Shown in pieces: positions 1 through 8,051 of a stretch of DNA of 9,772 nt. The translations under genes were made by a program, and so were the position numbers. Each line of letters starts with the position of its first letter. Positions within the stretch are counted from its first letter, which is position 1. The notes under the pieces are model-generated. The model did no database searches. It worked only from the letters and a program-made list of their open reading frames with translations, and was not told where the DNA came from. Origin of the DNA: Amoebidium appalachense (taxonomy: Eukaryota > Protista > Ichthyosporea); the NCBI GenBank assembly GCA_963693365.1, contig CAVNZM010000093.1:1-9772 (forward strand), given 5' to 3'.

Positions 1-487
1 CCCTGCACGTTATTAACTGTTGAATCCCCCCCTTTTCCCCACGTATTATAGCGCATTTTGCCTAATATGGACGTACAACGGTTAATAACTTTCCCCACAG
101 AAATAGGGGGACAATCCGACCGGTTTTGTTACATCACCCACACAGAGACACTGCCTAATGGAAAGTTTGGTTGGGCCCCCATCAATCCCCTGCACGTTAT
201 TAACCGTGCAAATGTATCCAGCTTGTAGTATCCACCTTTGAAGGTGGTTCACATGTCTACGGTGTAATAAAGATGTCCAAACATAGTCCATAAGACGCCT
301 TATGTATATCCATGGACCATCCCCAAGACTGTAACGATACCATCCATAATACTGTCGTAAAACGATATATTGTTCGGTACAACAGTCGTAGGACGATACA
401 TAATATCGTCGACATATGGACTGCGACATACAAACATGCTCGCAGGATATCGTAGATTTCACCATATTTTGGAGTACTAGTACTCAC

Positions 488-701
488 TTGCAAAATGAAT
501 GCAGAGTTCTTGTTGGTCATACGATACGGCATCTTGCAGTAGTATTTGTGTGCACGCTCCCAGCTCTCAGCTGACTCCACCGGGCCAAAGAGGCGATAGT
601 CGTCAGAATAATGCACACCAGCATGGAATTTCGATGTTTTGAGTTCGTTCTTGGTGGAGTCCAACGTAGCGTTCGCTATTAACACGGCCACAAAGCGGTG
701 G
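488..701 (-). CDS. Internal exon of a CMC/CACTA-superfamily (Plavaka-like) DDE transposase, C-terminal catalytic-Glu region; probably a fragment
   Basis: Minus strand tttag| acceptor (AG at 703-702) and |GTGAGT donor (487-482) bound 214 nt: HRFVAVLIANATLDSTKNELKTSKFHAGVHYSDDYRLFGPVESAESWERAHKYYCKMPYRMTNKNSAFILQ. The pattern KxHxxxHY-x4-RLFG-x-ERxH-x4-K-x2-YRxTN-x-Q matches the Plavaka transposase C-terminal block as I know it; GPV...ER parallels CACTA TnpD. The rest of ORF 257..691 is intron read-through. Confidence 0.72.
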
Positions 702-1033
702 CTAAAGATGTATGCACAATATCAGGCGTGTGCATGCAACATACATTTCCATCCAAGTGCCGCAAAAATGACACGCGCATTTGAGTCCGTGATGCAGCAC
801 GGCTTACCAGTATGCAATGGTGCTAACCCCCCCTCCCCCCCCCCCCCCCTCCCCCCCCCCCCCCCCCCTGTTGTGAAAATCGCTTAAAAGGTAAAGGGTT
901 CAACTAGCGATCGAGCTGGTTTTGTGTGTACCTTGTGTTTCCTTGGAGTAGGTGTAAGTCAATGTTATTGTTTTTCCTCTTTCTGTGCTCTTGTCTGGTC
1001 TGTTTTGTAACTAACCCCACACGTTCAACACAG

Positions 1034-1208
1034 ACTCCCCCACCCCCAGCTTTGGGAGCAACTCTTCTGGTGAGGACGATGTCCGCAGCCAAGACGAGAA
1101 CGACGAGGTGGACGAGGCGGACATGGGGCATGACGCCTATGGCAGCGACGAGGATGTCCTTACGGACCCCCTCAAGAAGACCTACTACCAACTCATACAC
1201 TCTGAACG
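1034..1208 (+). CDS. Exon (acidic): SPTPSFGSNSSGEDDVRSQDENDEVDEADMGHDAYGSDEDVLTDPLKKTYYQLIHSE(R)
   Basis: CTAAC at 1011-1015, cag| at 1031-1033, donor cg|GTATGA at 1209. This reading frame is not in the ORF track. The phase-2 end matches the acceptor at 1900. Confidence 0.7.
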
Positions 1209-4200
1209 GTATGACACTCTAGCACTGGTACACAGTGTTCCAATGGTTGCTTGGTGAAACATGTTTGGGGCTTCGTTTTTGATGCGGAACATACTTATGT
1301 ATGGGTTTCGCATCATGTTAGTATATCCTGGACACAGCGGAAACCTCTCGAATGTATAGCATCGACCCGTCCGAAGGATATCGAATGGATGGCATTCGTA
1401 TGTCGGACGTTGCATCGACCCGTCCGAAGGATATCCAATGGATGGCATTTGTACGTCATATGTAGCGTCGACCCGTTCAAAGGATATCGAACGGATGGTA
1501 TTCGTATGTCGTACGTATGGGTTACATGTCATCGTAGTGGATAGCGTATACCTCCTACGCTATCGTATCGATAGCATGATGGTGGGAGTAATGCATTTTG
1601 AAGACAGTGTATGGATAACATAGTCATGGAATTATGGTGTCATTTCATATCAACCTCTACACTTGTTATCATACCCTTACTTTGCAATCGACCAACATAC
1701 GACCAGAATGTTCTAACGTTGACAAACTGTCCCCCCCCCCCTCCCCCCCCCCTCCCCCTCCCCCCCCCCCCCCCAAAAATAAATAAATAAAATAAAATAA
1801 AAAAAACACACACACAAACACACACACACCACCACAAGACAAACATCCACAATACACAAATCAATCGCAACCCCTACTCCAAAACAAAACAAATATGCAG
1901 TTTTGATTTTCTTCCAACGGCCCAGCGCATCGCCACCATGAAGGGCGTCACTGAGGCAGAGATGCGCGCAGCCCTGAAGGCACTGGGCATCATCTTCCAA
2001 GAGGTCGGCAAGGGTAAGACGCCCAAGGCCAAACAACCCCGGGCTCAGGAGTCCGAGGATTCTGACGACGGGCCCAGGAGGCTTAAGAGGGCGGAAACCG
2101 TGATGAAGCTGGTACGTAACATAGTTTTGCTTACCCCCTCCAGTTCTAGAGAGGACCCACAGAGAGTATTCCGGACACTACGATATGTGAAGTGTGCGAT
2201 TGTGTAGATGTCCGCGTTGCATGTACTAGATCATTATTACGAAATTCATTTGCGTAACAAGTAAGACCATATCAAGTATGACACCTGCACAAAATATGGG
2301 GACTTCTATCAGTAATGTGCCAGCACATGTGTTGATGAGGGATATGGTGTGGTTCCTGCTTTCAAGCCTCTAACAGCATTCAGGACTCTAACCCATTTTT
2401 CTTTTGTCTGCCTCTGCAGTACGACCACAGCAAAGGGATCTGTCCGCGTTGCATGTACTAGATCATTATTACGAAATTCATTTGCGTAACAAGTAAGACC
2501 ATATCAAGTATGACACCTGCACAAAATATGGGGACTTCTATCAGTAATGTGCCAGCACATGTGTCGATGAGGGATATGGTGTGGTTCCTGCTTTCAAGCC
2601 TCTAACAGCATTCAGGACTCTAACCCATTTTTCTTTTGTCTGCCTCTGCAGTACGACCACAGCAAAGGGATGTCCAAGTCCCACGTCGTTTTTCAAAATA
2701 TGACGCTGTACTTCCCATTCAGCAACACAAACAAGACGGAGAACGAGCCCGTCATCAGAGCGTGGCTTGCGAGTGTGAAGGCCACCAACCGCGCCCTCTA
2801 CAACATCCTCCACCCAGAGGGGATCGAGGATTGGGTTCAGGAGCTCAGCAACCCCGCAAAAAACACGGACGCCCAGAACCGTGTCACCATCATCCGCAAC
2901 GGCCTGAATTCGTGCAAGTCCGAGGTCAATCGAGGGATGCACAGCTCAATGAGGGCCTTCTCCTTGGCTGAGTCCAACCTGGATGTAAGTCAAAGTGTGC
3001 ACGGTTCACCTCTTATTTTGTTTTCCTGCATGATTAAACGATTAGTTACTATTTCTATGCTGTGATTGGAATACAACAGCAACCTCGGGTCCCTCTTCAA
3101 TGTATTATTACATGCGCATGTTTTCTTAATTTTTGTGCTTTTGTCTTTCAGCACAACGTGTTTCACATGTTAGCATTCGGTGTTATTCATTCATTCTAAC
3201 ACCCCCCCCCCCCCCCCCCCAAACACACACACACACACACTCGCTCACTTCCCCACCCACACATACCAAAAATCACACGCACACCAAAAGCCCCTCCCAT
3301 CCCCCCCCCCCCCCCCCCCCCCCTTTTTCCAAAAAACTGTCAAATGCCTCCATGCCCACCAACACAGATGTTCCAGGTTGCCCCTGTCAATGCCGCCGAC
3401 CCCGACAAGTTGGCAGACCAGGTTAGGTACCGCAAGAAGACGTGGGAGGGGTGGTTGGTGGAGGTTGAGTGCAACAACCATCCCTGTGGCCGCATGTACA
3501 GCGTCGATCCGGTGACGGGCAACCCATGGGGCAACCCCGCCCTTCACCGCATCATGTGCATGTCCCCCATCAACGGCTCCTACATCAAGAACCGCCTCAG
3601 CAGCTTCAAGACACTAAACGTTAGTGCCCATTACCCCCCCCCCCCCCCCACACACACACACACACACGCACCACACACACCACACCCCAATCAAAGACGA
3701 AATCTTCTCATGCTGCTTTTTTTAATATGCTTGTTCAGGTTTAATGTTGTTGTTCTTCCTTATTGGTTCATTCTTAATGCACTGTGACCCCCCCCCCCCC
3801 CCCCCCCCCCCCCCCACACACACACACCACACCCCAATCAAAGACGAAATCTTCTCATGCTGCTTTTTTAACATGCTTATTAATGTTTAATGTTGTTGTT
3901 CTTCCTTATTGGTTCATTCTTAATGCACTGTGACCCCCCCCCCCCCCCCCCCCCCTCCCCCCACACACACACACACTCCCACTCCCTCCACTCCCTCCCT
4001 CCCACTCCCTCCCTCCCACCTCCCCCTGTTGTCCCACGTACGAATCACCAACACATAACCACACAAGACATCAAATCCTTATCACTCAGAGCAACGGTAC
4101 ATGCATGGTTATCCAGTATCCATTCAGCTTCCCACTTCCTCAAGTCATTTCAGATTTTTCATTGTCGTATTCGGTTTTATTTGCTGCTAATGGAGAATAC

Positions 4201-4625
4201 CCCCTTTCCTCATCACCACATACACACATGATTACGTGTACGTACACGCAACACACACACCAACACCCACACAGGAGTTTCAAAAGGCGTTGCCCGAGCT
4301 CTTCAGCTTCATGCTCCACACATTTGAGTGCGGACTGCGGGATCCAATGGCCCACAAGTCTGCCACTCAGATTTCGTGGTCAGCTGTGAAGTATGGAGCT
4401 GACATGCCTGACTACGAGGGTGGTGCTCGGCCATCAGAGATCAGCAAGGTATACAACTACCCCCCCCCCCCCCCCCCCTCCTTGCGTCCTCCCTGAGGAT
4501 GGGCTCTGCTTATGACGCATACTGTGCACATGGCTGATGTTGCGTGCTTGAATGTTTGCCTTTGTATGTGTCCTGCACCATGCTTCTCATCGTGTATGCG
4601 TATTTCGTACCGTGTTCTGCATTCA

Positions 4626-4658
<33 letters not shown>

Positions 4659-5466
4659 ATCATTGTGTTTTAGCTCCCGTCCGAAAGACAACGTATGGAT
4701 ATCGAAATGATGATATTTATAAGTCGTATGTATGGGTTACGTATCATCGTAGTTTTTTAGGATATCTCCTAAGCATGGGCAAGTATCATCCTATCATGTC
4801 ATCTTTAGGTTTGGTATGGTAACATTGTGATAGCATTTTTCCCAGGTACATACATGCTCAGGCTAGCCAGAAAAGTTAAAAACACTCACACAATCTCCTT
4901 CTGTCCCAACCCAGTATGCAAAGACCTGGGAAAAGATCTGCAAGGTCCGGGAGAAGGCAGTCCTCAGCCTGTCAGCTGATGAGCAAGACGAGAAGGGAGA
5001 CGACAAGCCCTCCACGAAGCAGTCCACGGCAAAAGACGACACCGGCGAGGTTTCTGATGACACTGGCATGGCGGCTGACGAGATGGAGAACTCTGGCTCC
5101 AAGAAGCGGCCCAAGTCAGACGACGACTTGTCGGATGCCAGTGCCGGGCGCCCCATGAAGAAGGGTAAAAAGGCCCAGGGCGTGGCGTCTAGCGTGGTGG
5201 GTGGTGATGTGCATGGGTCACCTGTGTCTTGTGATAGAGCGGGTGGTTCTGAAGAGCAGGAGGGTGTTGCGCAAGCGGGGGGGGATGACAAGTATTGGGA
5301 GGAGTTGGCCAAGATTAGGGGAGGTAAAGAGGTGGTGGATGGCGATGTTAGTAGTGGCGGGGGAAAACGTGCGAGGGAAGTGAGTGATGAGAGTGGGGAT
5401 GAGAAGGGTGAAGGTGGGGTTAAAAAGCAGAAAGGCGATGTGGGTGGGAGGGTTGAGGATGATTAG
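1034..5466 (+). CDS. Spliced gene, at least 6 exons (1034-1208, 1901-2111, 2652-2984, 3368-3619, 4275-4448, 4915-5466), about 565 aa, unknown function; acidic N- and C-terminal regions, globular core tentatively DUF6532-like; 5' end not found
   Basis: All five introns are GT..AG and their phases match (2,0,0,0,0), giving one continuous frame ending at TAG 5464-5466. Exons have GC3-rich codons in contrast to the simple-repeat introns. Basic KKRPK and KKGKK patches suggest nuclear localisation. Confidence 0.8.
1359..1517. repeat. 3 x 53-bp tandem repeat (GCATCGACCCGTCCGAAGGATATCGAATGGATGGCATTCGTATGTCG...), intronic
   Basis: Units start at 1359, 1412 and 1465. Confidence 0.92.
1901..2111 (+). 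CDS. Exon: (R)FDFLPTAQRIATMKGVTEAEMRAALKALG...AETVMKL
   Basis: tgcag| at 1896-1900, then 1 nt plus 12 codons lead in frame into ATG 1938 (context GCCACCATG). Donor |GTACGT at 2112. Confidence 0.78.
2207..2675. repeat. Tandem duplication, period 232 bp, spanning an intron 3' end and the first 20 nt of an exon
   Basis: 2209-2439 equals 2441-2671 with one substitution (gttga vs gtcga). Confidence 0.95.
2652..2984 (+). CDS. Exon: YDHSKGMSKSHVVFQNMTLYFPF...RAFSLAESNLD (111 aa)
   Basis: CTAAC, pyrimidine tract and ctgcag| (AG 2650-2651); consensus donor |GTAAGT at 2985; phase 0/0. Confidence 0.85.
3368..3619 (+). CDS. Exon: MFQVAPVNAADPDKL...GNPWGNPALHRIM...SSFKTLN (84 aa)
   Basis: acacag| at 3367 (an alternative in-frame acceptor ttccag| lies at 3376); donor |GTTAGT at 3620; phase 0/0. 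Confidence 0.82.
3634..3962. repeat. Tandem duplication of about 147 bp bounded by poly-C/(CA)n tracts, intronic
   Basis: 3684-3787 vs 3831-3933 differ at a few positions; each copy is preceded by poly-C+(CA)n and followed by poly-C. Confidence 0.9.
4275..4448 (+). CDS. Exon: EFQKALPELFSFMLHTFECGLRD...GGARPSEISK (58 aa)
   Basis: cacacag| at 4274; donor aag|GTATAC at 4449; phase 0/0. Confidence 0.82.
4915..5466 (+). CDS. Terminal exon: YAKTWEKICKVREKAVLSL...GGRVEDD* (183 aa, D/E/K/G-rich, probably disordered)
   Basis: cccag| at 4914; open and in frame with ORF 5068..5466; stop TAG. Confidence 0.82.
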   Translation, partial: YAKTWEKICKVREKAVLSLSADEQDEKGDDKPSTKQSTAKDDTGEVSDDTGMAADEMENSGSKKRPKSDDDLSDASAGRPMKKGKKAQGVASSVVGGDVHGSPVSCDRAGGSEEQEGVAQAGGDDKYWEELAKIRGGKEVVDGDVSSGGGKRAREVSDESGDEKGEGGVKKQKGDVGGRVEDD

Positions 5467-5949
5467 AATGAGGAGGAATAGGGAAAGACCCCCCCCCCCC
5501 CCCCCCCCCCCCGGAGGAAAAAAAAAAAGAATTAATACTTAGTTTATGTCTCTTTTGGTGTAGTCCCGGCCTCTGCAGGGGGGAGATAGGGAGATAGGGG
5601 GGACATGTAGACTTCGTATTTTATTTGTGTGATGATGTTTGTTTTGTTTTGTTTGTTTGTTTGTTGGTTTGTTTAGTTTGTTCGGTGAAAGCTGGACTCC
5701 TGTGGAGTCTAACAGAGTGAAATGGTCTCTACTCCTGTGGAGTGAGACTTAGAAATTTTTTAACATGAACAACTTGTGCGGTCTCTGCTCCAGTGGAGCG
5801 AGACATAAAGGAACAACAGTCTTAATGGTATCTCGTGTACAAATTGTGAAAAAGTTAGAAAGGTAAGAAGGAAGGGGGGGGGGGGGGAGGGGGGAGGGGG
5901 GAGGGGGGGGGATGGAGGGAGGGGAGGGGAGGGGGGAGGGGGCACAACG

Positions 5950-6765
5950 GTGGTGGTTACTTTTCGTATTATGATATTACGACAGCTCGTAATCGTATAT
6001 TACGACATTCCGTAATATTGTATTTAGTTAGTCATGGTATACTCGTAACATATTATTTGGCTATGCATAGGATATCTTATGGATGGGCAAAGAGCTGTCG
6101 TAATGATGTATACACGACATGCTATGTATATACATACGAGTGGTGTACGGGCTCTTATGGAAATGTCTACGACGGTATTATGGGGGTCGTAATGTACCCC
6201 AGGACCAGCCATATGTATATCATATGTATATGGTTGGTAATTCGTAAAATACATCGATGTATATCATATGTCATGGGTTACGATGGTATTAAGCCGCTCC
6301 TAAACATATACTTAAGATATCCAACGGTATGGGTTTGGATACTCGGATGGTGAAGATTACGATGGGTTTCCGACCCCTCGTAACGCTCTCGTATGTATGT
6401 TCTATGTATAGTCGTATGTATATACATAGGTTATACATTGGACATACATAGGTTATCCTATGTATAGTGCAATGTATATACATTGGATATCTTATGTACA
6501 GTGCAATGTATATACATTGGATATCCTATGCATAGTGCAATGTATATACATTGGATATCCTATGTATAGTGCAATGTATATACATTGGATATACATAGGA
6601 TATACATATGACATACGCTTTACGACATCCATAAACCCTATGGATGTCGTAAAGAGGGTTGATGGATGTCGTAAAGCGTATATCCAATGTATATACATAA
6701 GACGGTCCGTTAACCCCATGGAACTCTTTACACTATCGTAAAGAGGTCGTGCAACCACTCCATAT
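5950..6765. repeat. CpG-rich degenerate repeat block (TTACGAC/GTCGTAA, GGATAT, TATACAT motifs in both orientations); possible transposon subterminal array or MITE
   Basis: Recurring short motifs in direct and inverted orientation; related blocks at about 243-465 (inverted), 1290-1630 and 4677-4835. Confidence 0.5.
6454..6592. repeat. 4 x 34-bp minisatellite, each unit containing the perfect 16-bp palindrome CAATGTATATACATTG
   Basis: Palindromes at 6470, 6504, 6538 and 6572; the 18-bp linkers are nearly identical. Confidence 0.95.
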
Positions 6766-7296
6766 GAACTCGCGGTGTGCTTTACAATGGGTGACAGGTT
6801 TACGCCATCGGAGATGGCATTACGAGGGGTATACGATCCTCGGTGGAGATTGCTGATGCCCCCCCCCCCCCCCCCAAACCAAAAATAAGCGGAAGTGCTG
6901 AACTCCGAACTAAAAAAAGAACATCCCCCCTCCCGTATCCCCCCTCCCCCCTCCCACAACCCAAACATAACAAATACCTATCAACCGATGTGTGTGAGAG
7001 GGTCACATGCTTGAAACTTAAGAAGAGATTTTATTTTCCTGCATCGTTTGTAAGCATCAGGTTACAAACTGTGAGATGGAGTCTCATCTTCCCAGAGCAA
7101 GCATACACTCGTGACACTACACATACAAAATGAGACGGTGTGTGTGGAAAAACCGTATACAGGTAAACTATGGCCTATTTTTAGTTTCGTAATGATGTTG
7201 GTGGTCATTTCTAGTTCTATTCGTTACCACGTCAATATCTTCATCATGATTCCTGGCATTTTATTTTCGGTGTAATACATCAACATCAACTGACAG

Positions 7297-7595
7297 AAAC
7301 ATGTGGTTCACAGACACGGATCCATCCGTCAAAACCCCTCCTGCCCCTCCATCAACCGGGAGGCATGAACACCCTGATACCCCCCTGCACACAGACGAAA
7401 GAGTGGCTGCAAAGGCCAGGCCTTGTGTCCGTCAGCCACCATCCGGGGTCATGCCCAAACCAGATCGGAACCCAATGGGTTTCGAATTGTACCTGGCTAA
7501 TACACGACCCCCTCCTGTTAACCTCCTGCGGGAGGCCTACCTGCAGTCATCGCGTGAAAGCGACACTCCACAACAGACTTTGTCTGGTGCAGAAG
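7297..7595 (+). CDS. Probable exon of a second gene (Pro-rich: NMWFTDTDPSVKTPP...QQTLSGAE), unknown function
   Basis: ctgacag| at 7296; about 100 open codons; aag|GTATCC donor at 7596 followed by poly-C/(CA)n as in the other introns. Confidence 0.5.
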
Positions 7596-7666
7596 GTATC
7601 CCTCCCCCCCCCCCCCCCCCCCCCCCCCCCGGTTCCCCCCCCCGTTCCCCCCCCGTTCCCCCGCGT

Positions 7667-7689
<23 letters not shown>

Positions 7690-7705
<16 letters not shown>

Positions 7706-8004
7706 TCACGGTGAAACCGTCTCTCCATGCTGGTTTTGATTATGGAATAGTGTACATGAAGGAGCATTGCAAAAAATTTGAGGCTACCAGGGGTTCCATA
7801 AAACTCGTCCATAAGGTTTTAATTATGAGTTTGATCAAACATGTACACGTTTTTATTACATAAACCTTCTCACGATTTTCCCCCCTTGCAGGCCAGGTAC
7901 ACCCCCAGGGCGGCACCACTCCCTCCCCAAACACCGAGGAGTCCCCCCGACCCCAACCCCAACAACATGAACTGTCCACACAAGCCAACAAATGTAGCCC
8001 CCCC

Positions 8005-8051
<47 letters not shown>

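Noticed and set aside
1359-1517. CRISPR-like 53-bp periodicity
   Set aside because: The whole unit is repeated; there are no unique spacers.
1932-1940. GCCACCATG as the gene start
   Set aside because: The frame is open back to an acceptor at 1900 whose phase matches the upstream acidic exon, so this Met is probably internal. An alternative start here is not excluded.
4068-4096. Possible micro-exon before GTACAT in the 3620-4274 intron
   Set aside because: Weak AAG acceptor and 29 nt long, so it would break the frame; the flanking exons already join in phase 0.
5781-5804. Canonical iron-responsive element
   Set aside because: The loop is 5 nt (CAGUG) instead of CAGUGH, and the sister hairpins have CUGUG.
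6454-6592. CRISPR-like array (palindromic repeat at regular spacing)
   Set aside because: The 18-bp linkers are near-identical rather than unique spacers, there are no cas genes, and the context is eukaryotic. It is a minisatellite.
6018-6968. Tyr/Ile/Cys-rich ORFs here and at 82..465 and 1185..1623, plus poly-Pro, poly-Gly and HT/CV-repeat ORFs throughout
   Set aside because: They are translations of repeat blocks, homopolymer runs and (CA)n.
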